NCBI RefSeq assembly: GCF_964355755.1
Contig: NC_092670.1
Coordinates: 22,120,795 to 22,184,794 of the forward strand
From: Antedon mediterranea
Taxonomy: Eukaryota > Animalia > Echinodermata
Direction: 5' to 3'
DNA: 64,000 nucleotides
The notes under the pieces were generated by a model that was not told where the DNA came from, did no database searches, and saw only the letters and a list, made by a program, of their open reading frames with translations. The position numbers and the translations under genes are program-made. Below, piece after piece: positions 1 to 12,357 of this stretch (positions are counted from its first letter, which is position 1; the number at the start of each line of letters is the position of its first letter).

Positions 1-469
1 GTCATAGCATAGACAATAAAATTTACTTTCTATTAAGTATTGACTATGACTAGAGCTACAGTAAAACTAAAAGTAGTCTAGCCTAGTATAAGTACCAGTA
101 TTACTTACTAGGCCTAGAGTGATTGAGCCAGGGTCCTACTAGACTAGACTATTACTAGATATAGAGAGAGAGGGCTATTATTGAGCATAATAATAATATT
201 AATAAGAATAGCTAGGCCTAGCCGGCGCCGCCTAGCCTATAGATAGATAGTCACTAGGCCTAGGCCTCTAGGCCAGCCTGAATTATATTCTGTGTTTCTG
301 TAATATAGTGCAAGAAGTAATCAAAATATAAAAACACGTACAGAGTTTTGAAAAAACGTACAAAACGATTAAATAAAAACAAAAAAGACAAGTCAATGTT
401 CACTTGTTTTGTAAACAACATCACACACAGTGTATATAGCATCAAGGCAATCTACTAACAACACAGCAG

Positions 470-900
470 CTGGTACATGACCACCAGAGGGCGACAACTC
501 AGACATTCTTAATTTCAATTTATTTTCTTTTTTTTGGTGTGAAATTCTCAACTTGTCGCGGGGGCGCTCTCTCGAGTGTGATCTTGTGGAAATGAAATTT
601 ACATTCAATATTATTAAATTACATTTACTACTTGTATAATTTTATTATTTCGTCGTGGTACTTTGGTATGCGTAATATCATTATTTATAAGGAATTAGAT
701 ACTTATTTTATTGGAAGTAACCGTGTAGCCTAGTTTGATTGGATCTGCTGGTTGCAATTTGTCAACGAAGACGGCGGACGGTCGGTCGGGTAAGTCAAAA
801 AATGAATGAAGGCCAGGAGCGGAGAGAGTATTGCCTGCCTGCCCGCCCGCAGCCCATCCCACACAGCAGCAGCCACTTGACATTACCCCCACATGTAGGC
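470..900 (+). promoter_or_regulatory. CpG-enriched promoter region with candidate non-coding first exon of the iRhom gene (donor GG|GTAAGT at 790)
   Basis: Local CpG/GC enrichment in AT-rich DNA; consensus donor at 790; CTCF-like CCACCAGAGGGCG at 481-493. The link to iRhom is inferred. Confidence 0.45.
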
Positions 901-1421
901 GGCCTATGATTACACGGTTTTAAAATTTTATAATGTAAAAAAATGATCCCAGATAGCTACAAGTTCCCTATTTTATTAATAGATTAGGTCCCCTAAGCCT
1001 ACCTAGGCTAGCCTATATATAGGCTAGTTTTCTTTCCAATTTCCATTCTCATATAAATATCAGTTTTCAAATGAAACTTATTAATAATATTGTGAAAGAT
1101 TTATTCATCATTATTGAAAATTACTTGAAACGAAGTTAATTCAACAAGTCAACAAATAGTAGTTTAGAATATTAAACCTAATCAAATTTTTATTATTTTA
1201 TTTTATAATGAATGAATTAGTGTCGGGTGAAATAGTGTTCTGTTATTAAATTTTTAATAAATAATCATTATCAAATAAATAATTAAATAAAATTGCTTTG
1301 TAAAGTAGTAGAAATCATTAATTCTAGGTCTATTACATATTACAATTGGCTTAAAAAAATGTTTGGTATATATGATTTGATTCTATTTACTGTGCATACT
1401 GTAATTATTAATAAAAGTACT

Positions 1422-2748
1422 GGGCAGTTTTGAAAAAAATGGCTCCAAATTGGGACATAATGATTTTTTTTTCTGAAAATGAAAGTTGCATATATTACTA
1501 CCATTTATGTCTTATTATGTTGACACAAGGTTAAATTGTAGGGAACAAATCAAGGATCTGACAAAACAATTTGATTAACCTTTTTTTTACATGTTTAATA
1601 CAAAAAAAACAATTTTATTTTTTGAGAAAAATATGTAAACACTTCTTTTGATTTTTATAAGTATTTATTAGTATTTACAATATTTGTAAGTTTCAACTGT
1701 CAGTATACTAATTGGATAACAGAAAAAATACAATTTTTTTACATACAGTAGACAAAGATAGAAAAAATTAAATAAATATAAAAAAAAAATCATATGTTTT
1801 AAAACCAGTATGCTAAAAGTTTTTATTTTTCAAATAATCTGTTGTACAGAAGCTTGTAACTATTTTTTTAAATGACAACTTGGTAAAACCAATAAATACT
1901 GAAAGTTTGGACTTCATATGACAGGGTATGGCAATACAGTGTTCCGCTATTGTAATGCTATACAGTACATTGCTCTGTGGGGTGTTACACTCCTGACATT
2001 AGTATTTACTATTATAGCATGGTTATGAGAGCAAAACAAGTCCCTTCAAAATCATGAGGTAGACATAATAGTGGTAAAAAAGATGTGTGTTTACACAAAC
2101 ATTACAATTCTAATGGAAAATACTGTACTTATAACAGTAATAATACATTAATCACAATTCTAATATAGTTTACCATGTTACACTCCTGACATTTTGGGCT
2201 AGTTGATAGGCAATTATGAACCATTCATTCATTAAATTGATAACTGCATTCAATATTATATTTTTGAGTGCCACAACAACTACTGTCAACATTCAAGAAA
2301 GAAAAATGGCTTAACTTCCTACCTTATTTAATATTTATTATATTTTTTCCAAATATTTCAATTTGTCCTCGCTTTTTAAAAAGTGGTTTATTAATGTCAT
2401 ATCAAATATTTTAAGTAAGGTATACAAGATAAATGTCATCATGATTGCTTTTTTTTTAATTTATACAATTTACTTTTTCAGAATATGCATCTGCCAATTA
2501 AATTTGAGGAGTGGTTTTAGTGTACTAGATCATTTGTTCATGTCCAAAAAAAGTGTTAACACTCCTGACCATTTCTGCATCATAATCGGGCATAATATTT
2601 TTTTGCAAACACATAAGAAGATAATCTTTTGACACAAAAATAGTATTATGTTTGCACATATTTCAGAATAATTCTCTAATCTGGAAATGGCTTCAATTTA
2701 GTTATACTAGGCAAAAACTGAAAGGAGCCATTTTTTTCAAAACTGCCC
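1422..2748. mobile_element. Non-autonomous DNA transposon, Sola2-like
   Basis: Perfect 25-bp TIRs GGGCAGTTTTGAAAAAAATGGCTCC (1422) / GGAGCCATTTTTTTCAAAACTGCCC (ends 2748); 4-bp TSD TACT on both sides; internal ACACTCCTGAC motif three times. GRG termini with a 4-bp TSD fit Sola2. Confidence 0.75.
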
Positions 2749-3225
2749 TACTGTAATTAAAAACATGTGGGTACCACATTAATACACCACATCCTGAGAG
2801 AGAGAGAAATAATTCCAGGCCAGTAAAAGTTTCTTCCCATTTATTACTTTGAACTAAAATGTTTAGATGGTCGTTTAAAGATGTTAAATATAATTATTTT
2901 ATAAAGTATAACTACTGTATATTACTTATTAGGTTGAGGAATTTTGTAAATTGAACTGGTGAGGAAAATGTAACTCTGCGACTTCAGTATTAATAATGTT
3001 TTTTTTTACATCTACAGTACAGTATATGATGAGAGGTAAAGGAGATTAGAATTAAATAATAAAATAGGAAGCATCAGAATATATTTTACATGGAATTCAA
3101 TTTATAGCTCTTTATTATACGTTATTGCTACAATAAGTCATAGTTTCTGTTATTTTAAATTCAATATAAATTTTTTAAGTAATCAGTATCTATTGTGAAT
3201 TTTCAATAGAGATTACCACAACATA

Positions 3226-4224
3226 GGGTATGTTCAGACCTACGGAGTTATGCTTTCGTATCACAGCCAAGGTCATATTTTAATGAGCGTCGTAAGAGCA
3301 AAGTGTTCAGATTCATTGCAACGAAGTTGCGTTACAAACGGATATGATGTCACTCGCTGGCGATTAACCAAACTCTAACGCACGCATGACCTACCTTCGT
3401 TGTTATTAAAAGTAGTAGTGGTTGGTTTAGGAGTTACAGGCCTAGACCGAACACTTGGGCTCGCCGGCATTATCGATTGGTTGTCAGGCATACCAACCGG
3501 CCGATCGTTTTGGGGTTTGGGTTTATATTTGGTCTATATGACTTAAAATATCATTTTGGCAGAAAAATGTTCAAATCCCGTACTTGCACCGGCTCCAGAT
3601 TTATTTACTCGGTCTTTCGCCGCTTTATACAACGACCCCTTCAATTTCGATTGGATATTAAATCCTTCTTTATGAGGATGGCCCATCTGCTAACGTGTCC
3701 GCCATCTCGTTGAACACAGACATCTTGTTGCCGGTGCTTTTACGCCAGTTTTTCACTTCCAACCGATCTCTGAACTCAGGGCTTCCCCACAATGAAATAA
3801 GGTATTTTACTTCGGTTTCTCGCCAATGCGCACGCTTCGATGACATTTTAAATTAATTAATATAATAATATTAATAATAATAATACTGTATAGTGTAACA
3901 ACAAAAGGTATGATTTTTTCGCACGTTCACCGATCACAACAAATGGATCAGCTTGGCTATTATACGATGAGGAGCACATGTCACGATGTGATGTGGCGAA
4001 TATTGTAATTTGATTGGCTAGATATCTAACCTAGGTCATATTCATCGATGCGTGACTTTCGTATTGTAAGCGACGTCCACTAAACTCATACCTTGAGCTT
4101 TCGTAGCGTACGAAATATCAGTGTCGTACGAGGTGGCTTCCACTAATCTTTTCCTGGTTCAGACCTATGGACTTTTACGCCGCGTACAATACGAAAGCAT
4201 AACTCCGTAGGTCTGAACAGGCCC
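3226..4224 (-). mobile_element. PIF/Harbinger-type deletion derivative with frameshifted Myb/SANT-like ORF
   Basis: About 36-bp TIRs GGGTATGTTCAGACCTACGGAGTTATGCTTTCGTAT / ATACGAAAGCATAACTCCGTAGGTCTGAACAGGCCC; 3-bp TSD ATA. The minus strand from ATG at 3846 reads MSSKRAHWRETEVKYLISLW...VFNEMADTL, then after a frameshift ...YKAAKDRVNKSGAG. Confidence 0.75.
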
Positions 4225-4538
4225 ATAGAGTAAATATGGTAAGGTATTCCAGAAAGGAATGTATAATTAGCTATTTTTGGTTGGGAACGAGAACAATTTA
4301 TATTCAGATGGTATTTTTAGAATGTTATTACAGTAGATACAGTATACTGTACACATTTTATTTTTATGTATTCTGAAGGTACATAGATCTTTCAATTAAG
4401 ATTTAGGATTAAAAAAAAAATCTTTGGTCGTTTTAAATTCTAAATCTAACAATATTGGATTGGATAGATAATTAGGACTGTCAAAGGTTGAGGGTGAGTA
4501 AAAAGAATTGACATTTACTGTAGGGGTCTGGGGAAATG

Positions 4539-5410
4539 GTACTGTCACACCAAAATCAGTCCGGCAGACCAGTTTTGGCTGCCAAAATCAGTCCAGGGGA
4601 CCATTTATGGCTGCCAAAACCTGTCCGGCTGGATAAAATCGGTCCGGGCAGTAGGACTGTTTTTGCCGCCAAATATGGTCCGGTCTTACAAATATATGGT
4701 GTGCAATATGAGTCATAATGTATATATCATTAAAAAAAAGGCCATGATTAGTCATTATATTGAAAACTACAGGGTTTTATTTGTTATTTTAATATTATAA
4801 ATTAAGCCTGTTTTTTTTATTATCATTATTAGTAGTAACTCATCAATAATTAGTACTAATTGTTATTCTTTTTGTATACAATATGGATCTCTGCCTGTTT
4901 TTAATCCATTTTGTTCTTTTTTAACATCTTCGTTTCCCCATGATGTTAAAAACAATTTAATTTATTCATTATTTATGGTTAATCAATCAATATATCAATT
5001 AAATACAATTATTATAAAACAATTATCCAAATATTGATTAGGCTGAGGAAGGAAAAAGGCCTCGATCATAAATAACATATAGCTGGCAATCAGCGTCTCA
5101 TAACCGTTCATGTGAGTGTGTGGCAGGCTGAAATATGAGTGAACACCTACGTCATGTTTTTAGATAAAATACATTTATTTATAGTATTTATCCGACAAGA
5201 TAACTTACTAATAATATATATCGTGGGATATTTTTCTAGCCATAAACAACTTAAAACAGCATCATAGGCCTAATAATTCAATTAAAATCGACAGAAGAAA
5301 AGCCCGGACCGATTTTGGCTGTGGCGTACTGCTTTTGGCCACAATTTTAGAGCCAAAACTGGTCCGGCCGGACCGATTTTGGCCCCGGACCATATTTATC
5401 GTGACAGTAC
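4539..5410. mobile_element. Non-autonomous DNA transposon with subterminal repeats (unclassified)
   Basis: Inverted ends GTACTGTCAC...GTGACAGTAC; several GGACCGATTTTGGC / GCCAAAATCAGTCC-type subterminal motifs at both ends; AT-rich core. Confidence 0.6.
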
Positions 5411-6924
5411 CAAGTACCAAGTAATAGGGGATGAATTACAATGCATCGTTATTCCAACATGTTTATTTTAAGATGATGTTTATAAATTCTCTTAGGCAGG
5501 TGATGCATATTATCATCTCTCATTGATTGATCAATTTGACATTTACTACGGACGTTTTACGCACGGAATCCAAAATAGTGCATATTAAAATACTTAAAGA
5601 AAGCGTAGATTTTTATACAATTCCTAGATAAAATTATTATTAAACCATGTACAATATTCATTTTGTAAACTATAATTTTCTAAAAGTCATAGTCATATAT
5701 ACTTTATTGTCCATTTAAAAAACAGAAATGTGATTTGAAAACTGGCAAATTACAAAAATATAAAATACAATTTACAAAAACACACACAAAAAGTTAAGAG
5801 GCTAAAAATTGTTAAAATTAGATAAAAATTATCGGTTAAAAGATACAGTCAGCAGCAGCTCTCATTATTTGTTGTTGAATGTCTGTCTATCTTTTTAAAT
5901 CAAAATCTCTGTATGTAAACCAAAATGTTTTTGTATGTAATGAAGCCAATTTTCCAAAATCTTGTACTGTATCCTTGTTTTCTGTAAAATGTCTTCATTC
6001 TAGTTAATACTTCTAATAGATGATGTACTGTACTACACTGTGTACCTGCTGTATGTGTACATTATTAAAAGCTATTAAAGCATCATCGCCATTGTTTAGC
6101 ATATGATTTTGAGATCTGACAGATTAAGTTCTTGAATGTGGAAAGTGCAGTAGCTGTATTTAAACCAAGGTTAAAAGGAAATGAATCGGAGATCAATTGT
6201 TATAATAATTAAGATGCGTTTTACTGTGTAGTATGAGCAGCTGTGTCTGTATCATATCAAACCATGTATTTTTGCATTTTAATACACCATACTTACTAAT
6301 GTGGGTGTAAGCCCATCCGGAGTTATATTGAAGCCCAGCAGCACAGTGTACATTACTGTACTGTGATCATACAGTAGTTACAGTACTAGACAGTATGCAC
6401 ACTAATTCCATTGTAATACAATGCATACATTTGTATGTAAAAGTACAGTACAATCAATTAGCCAAGTCTAACTGTACGTTTTACAGTAGCTATAAATCTT
6501 TAAATTAAAGGTCTTATAATAGAGAGTAGAGACTGATTATTAATTTTATAGAAAATATTATGTAAATTAGTTATTTATATTCTTAAAAACAAAAAACAAG
6601 ATTTTAATCATTTAAAGAAGTACAATTTAAAATCTCTAGAAAACACTGCATGTCATCAACAAACAATTTTAAAAACTTTTTCATCACTTTTTATAACAAT
6701 TTAAAAGAATATTTGAATGTTAGATTTTAGTAAACGAACAGCCCTTTTTATGCGAGATTAGAGTGTAGATATTTTTAATCAAGGCGATCTAACAATGGTA
6801 CACTGAGCTTGCCTTGCCAAGAAAGTCCTTTGAACTTATGTCTGGCTGTGACAAATACCAACACTACTGTACAATGTACAACTGTACAATGTTAATTCTC
6901 CGAGGCGCATTGTACAGGTACAGT

Positions 6925-7518
6925 ATTTTCAATTTGTCAAACAATTATTTAAAACAAGGTATATAAACAATGGGATCAGGGTTTATCTGTAGCTGTGACA
7001 CTGATCAGTTCCATTCCACACCCCTTAAAGCCCGGCGCACACTAGAGCTTTCGGCTGAGCCAACTGGCACGAGTAACACTTGGCTCACTAAAAAATTTGC
7101 CGCAAACTATGATCGCGTTCTATTAGACGCACACTTCAGTACGCGATTTTCTGATTGGATAATTACTTACTACGCTATACAGCACGCACTGAAATATAAT
7201 AAATCAGAAAATCAGAATTTTTTAGTGAGCAGGAAGCTCACGTTCGGCGCACACTTGAGGAAAGTGGCACGCGTGCCAAAAAATATCAAACACGATAGAT
7301 ATTTTCCTCAGCGGCACGCGTGGCCGATTCCTCACGAAATCCCCGGCGCACACTCTGAGGCAAGTGTTACTCGTGGCAGTTGGCTCAGCCGGAAGCTCTA
7401 GTGTGCGCCGGGCTTTAAGGGGTGTGGAATGGAACTGATCAGTGTCACAGCTACAGATAAACCCTGATCCCATTGTTTATATACCTTGTTTTAAATAATT
7501 GTTTGACAAATTGAAAAT
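6925..7518. repeat. Long near-perfect inverted repeat (foldback), arms about 158 bp
   Basis: 6925-7082 is the reverse complement of about 7361-7518 with about 2 mismatches. This explains the mirror ORFs 6970+ and 7473-. Confidence 0.9.
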
Positions 7519-8212
7519 GAAGATATTCAAAAAATTATACTGCTAACATCATCTAAAACATTAACATTTAAAATCCAACTAGCAATCTGCTAATGTTGCA
7601 TTCATTCAAGCTACTGTATGATGAGTAGTAGCAACAGTGGTGTACTGTATTAAGATTCCTAATAAGGGAGATTAGGAAGGTAAAAATAGATTTTACTTAA
7701 GCCGGTAGATTACAACTAAATGAATAAGATTCTAAAAGCCTTTTAAGGAGGTTTACGACTGCCTGTAATGTTGAAGTATTCTCTTCAATTATCATCGTTA
7801 TGTTTGAAATGAAATTTACATTCGCAGAATTTAATTTTCTTAGCCATTCGACTACTTACTACTACTTGTTGTGAATATCTTAACTGTAGTGAGATTTTAT
7901 AATAATTAAGCATACTGTACCTCTGGCTATAATAAGCCCTAAAATTTTATGGGATAATAATGTAAAAGCATCAATTAACATTTCTTTACTGTATAACGAT
8001 AATGTTTTGTTTGTGGGCCAGGAAAATTTGTTTTGTATAACAGGACTGGATCCACTGTACTATATCACTGATGTACACACACAGTGCAAAATGTCTTCCA
8101 ACCTATACAGTACTTTTAAATCCTAAAAGCTCAACTGAGATGATACCAGAGCAACCCATAACTGTTTGGCACCCACCCACCATTAACACACTATACAGAT
8201 TATTCAGAATGT

Positions 8213-8267
8213 GTCACCCAACCTAAAATTGTGTCCACCTGGTGGACACAATTTTAGGTTGGGTGAC
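8213..8267. repeat. Perfect palindrome with 27-bp arms and a 1-nt centre
   Basis: GTCACCCAACCTAAAATTGTGTCCACC-T-GGTGGACACAATTTTAGGTTGGGTGAC. Confidence 0.9.
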
Positions 8268-9099
8268 CTATTAATAACCTCTAAACCTAAAATGTTGAAA
8301 TGTTGTGGATTCCTATATTTCTGGCACTCCACCTTTAAGTACAGTAATGCTGGTTGGTACCTACCATCATACAGCCCTAGCCTGAACAGTGGTTTTTGTT
8401 GTTTTTTTTCCCGTTGCGATGCCTTTTGAACAAGATTTTGTAGCTGTGTATAAAATCATACACGACCACATTTATAAAGTGAGTCATCAACACAATAGAG
8501 AAATACATTAATATCTTCTTTACAGAAAATGTTGATGATGAGCAGCAGCAATGTAGACAAATATCTATGTGCCAATTATGCAGCCACAGTCTGATATTCT
8601 ACTTAAAAGCGTTATAAGAGGAAACAATGTTGCATTATTAATGATTTCACTAGTGGGATGTTCCTGGGACCAGGCTATATTTATTATCATTCTTTGAATT
8701 AACATTACTATTATACTAATGGCAATGGGTCATTCAGTGTTTCATTTCTCTTTATACAACCAACAATGCAAGGCATCAATTACACATACTGGTAATATTT
8801 AATACTGTATACATTTTTCAAAAACACAAGATAAAATGTATAATTAATAATATCTTTCAAAATACATTTAAATTGTGAAAGGCTATCTACTGTATCCTAT
8901 CAGTATCGGTGCTTTTCAGTTTTACTGTACAGTCCTGTACAGTGACCTGTATGACCATTAATTCAAAACTCTGGTACAATCCACTTCTTACATTTACAAT
9001 AAGCTAAATTCCAACAGTTGACAATTATATTTTTAAAGCACTCCAAGTATAATCCCACGCACTCCTAATTTGTTCCAAATTTTAATACCAGGCACCTTG

Positions 9100-9840
9100 G
9101 GAATGTACAGTATATTAAACTAATACAGTATATCATACAGTATATTAAACTATACTGTATAAAACTATACAGTATATTAAACTATATTGTATTGTTTGTA
9201 ATAAATTTGGATTTTAATTATGTTACTTTTACTATACTGCCTATAATGTCTATACAGACCATATAAAATGTATACTGTGTATATTGTGTGAATATCAATA
9301 TCATAGTTTAAATATCACTACAGTAGTTCAGTAAGTGTTCTACAGTATCTGTTACAGCCTTTAATCAAATACTAAACTGTGTATTAAACTAACTATACAG
9401 TATAATAATTGTTAGAATAAATTTGGATTTAATTATGGTACTTACTAACTGCGTACAATGTACAGACCAGGGAGTTGTTATTAGATTATTTTATGGTATA
9501 CTAATACTATAATAATAAACAGTATATTAAACTATATTGTAATAGATTTGGATTTAATTATGTTACTTTAATACTAACTGCCTATAATGTAAGACCATAT
9601 AAAAAAATTGTATTGTGTGAAAATGTCACTAGTTCAGTAGGTTGTATCCGTTACGGTCTAGCAGCGGTATACTATAATAAACAGTATATTAAACTATATT
9701 GTAATAAATTTGGATTTTAATTACGTTACTTACTAACCTATAGTATAATGTACAGACCATATAATTTTTACTGTGTATTGTGTGAATCATAGTTGAAATA
9801 TCACTAGTTCAGTAGGTTCTATCCGCTACAGTCTTTAAGC
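9100..9840. repeat. Degenerate local direct repeats (3-4 copies)
   Basis: CAGTATATTAAACTATATTGTAATAAATTTGGATTT... variants recur near 9170, 9400, 9520 and 9682. Confidence 0.6.
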
Positions 9841-10979
9841 TTTACAACAAGTCACCTTTTTACAGTATTGCTGACTATACAGGAAATAGGATGATTATCT
9901 TTGGTTAGCTCTGTATGTTACTCACCATTCTGCATGTAAATTTTGATATTTTTTGTTCCATGATAAAAAAAAAAATGGTATAATGTGTCATAAATTTCAA
10001 TGTCATTAGTTTGGATAGCATTGCATTTAATTAATGAAAGTTTCTTTCTTTGTTTAATATTAAATTAGTTTTCCCTTGAGAACCAGAAACTCTCCTAAGA
10101 CCAAAATGTGTTAACGTCCACAATCTTTCCTACTAACATTAGAATCCCTATTATTAATTAAACACCTTTAGGGACCCACGACAAAGTGTCTCCCTAATAA
10201 TAGCAATGTCCCGTGAATATACAGTAGGTTCGTTTCGTATTCCCATATGGGTATCTATTAAATAGGAATGTCCAAATAGAGAGGTTCAAAGTTCTTATTT
10301 TAATATGTAAATTCAATGTTAAATGGTTCATTAACATTAATGGCGCTTTATTATAAACTCTGTACTACAATTAACTACAATTTATAGATACTTTACTATT
10401 TAATATAAACACAGTTATTACATTACAACAATGTACTGGAATATAATGTAATTGCTTTGAGATTTTCTCCATGAACTATTTATAGACTAAACTGATTTCC
10501 AGGCATTTAGATGAGTCACAAACTAGGTAGCCTACAGTGTGTTCGTATATTACTGTACAATCACTTTTAAAAAGGCAGATACTGTAGCTATACAGACAAT
10601 CTGCCTGAATTTTTTTAATCATTATCTTGGATTTAATATATTGTGTTCTGTTGTTATCTTGGATTTTTATATTTATGAAGTATTTGGTATTTATTTTAAC
10701 TTTGTCAACGTGTCGTATTTGGGGTTTTTTGACTAAGGTTTGTTTATTATTCTTAGTATTACCATTATCTTTTTATGACTAAATAGATAAATATGTACAT
10801 GACGATGTTTACTGATTTAGGGGAAAGGTCTGGATGGAACACTGTGTAGGAAGTAAAATGTCATTGTGATTACAATTATTGTTACACAGTAGGCCTAGTT
10901 TTTAGGTATTCAAGTTTTATGACAAATATTTCCTTAAAAACATTGAAGGTTAAGTAACACACTGTAGTAGTATCACTTA

Positions 10980-11158
10980 AGCGTGGTTCCCACTAGCGAC
11001 GCAACACAAGGACGTAACGCAACGCAAGTGAATTGACCAATCACAAGCGATGGCTTATTCGCTTGTGATTGCTAACTGTCTATAGCATCGCTTGTCATTG
11101 GTTAAAACACTTGCGTTGCGTTTACGTCCTTGCATTACGTTCTAGTGGGAACCAAGCT
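10980..11158. mobile_element. Harbinger-type MITE
   Basis: Imperfect long TIRs AGCGTGGTTCCCACTAG...CTAGTGGGAACCAAGCT; TTA TSD on both sides. Confidence 0.75.
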
Positions 11159-11208
11159 TTAATATTAAAGTTCCGTACAGTAGAGACGTTTTGTTTTGGG
11201 TGTTGCAT

Positions 11209-11455
11209 GGAGTGGAGTTGTGGCTTGGTGGTTATGATGCTTGGCTACAATTCAAGGGTCCTGGGTTCAAGTCCCGTTAGTTGCAGGATTTTTTCTAAGG
11301 ACAAAATTACAACTCCACTCCCAAAGACTTTGTTTATGTAGAGCATCTTGTGTATAATAATGTTTGTCTTGTGAACATCTGAGGGTCCCTAATAATCAGC
11401 AATTGCCGGATGGATCACCCTCATTAAATATGGTTAAAAAAAAGAAAAGAAAAAA
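11209..11455 (+). mobile_element. tRNA-derived SINE
   Basis: A-box-like TGGCTTGGTGG, B-box GGTTCAAGTCC and an A-rich tail. The 3' motif GGATGGATCACCCTCAT is shared with a fragment at about 47383. Confidence 0.65.
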
Positions 11456-12357
11456 GGCTGATTGATGTAGTTGGGTTTGTGATTACAATTTGGATTCAAT
11501 AATTGTATGTACAGTTTAGAATTACAGTAGTTGACGGCAGTGACGGACTAGTTCGAGTGTGTGTGTCGTCCCTTGATCAAATGATACAAATTTTGTTGTT
11601 GTTTTCGTTTATGTACACATGTTTGATTTTGGTCACATTAAATTTTAATTAATTGTTGTTGACTCCAACTGTTGAAAAAAATATATTGATAGCGCTTTTC
11701 TAAAAGAAAATGTGACTTTGGCAATAACATTATCCTTCATCAATCAATAGTCATTACGTCATTATCAACAATACATCATCACATTGTCATGCATCATTTG
11801 TCATCAACATAGTTATCGCATCATTATCGTCACCATTATCCTATAAAATGTAATTCTAGTGCAATTACTAATTTTGAAGTGAAGGACAAGTTTACATTTT
11901 TAATCAACTTTTGACAGTCACCTTGGCCCTTCCCTGCTGTAATTACTAGTGAAAGGAACATAATACCTCCATGCTAACACTGTAATCAAAGCTTTCAGCT
12001 GTTTATGTTGTGTTAAATGAATTTAAAGTGGTCTTTAGTGTCAAAGGTCATACATTAGACAACTTAAAACTATTATTTATTAATGCTGTGCTGCTCGAAG
12101 CCCATAATTAGTCATCATAATTTAGTTTACATAAATGAATAAAATGTTCAGAGAAAAATATTATTAATTTTTCTGGTTCCTTTTTGGATTCCTAATTTGG
12201 TATGCATCTAAGAGTTACTCATTATAATATGATAATTAGCAGATAATAAATAATTCATGAGAGAATTTGATAATAATATATTTCGATCAATTTCTATTTT
12301 CTTTTTTTTTTCTTAACTATGTAGTGTTGTTGAGGTAGTGGCCAATGGTAAGGCACA

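Noticed and set aside
6970-7473. Two opposite-strand ORFs with identical N-termini
   Set aside because: Artefact of the inverted repeat.
11209-11285. tRNA gene (also about 24860, 42870 and 63100)
   Set aside because: A/B boxes are present but there is no convincing cloverleaf; these are SINE-type heads.
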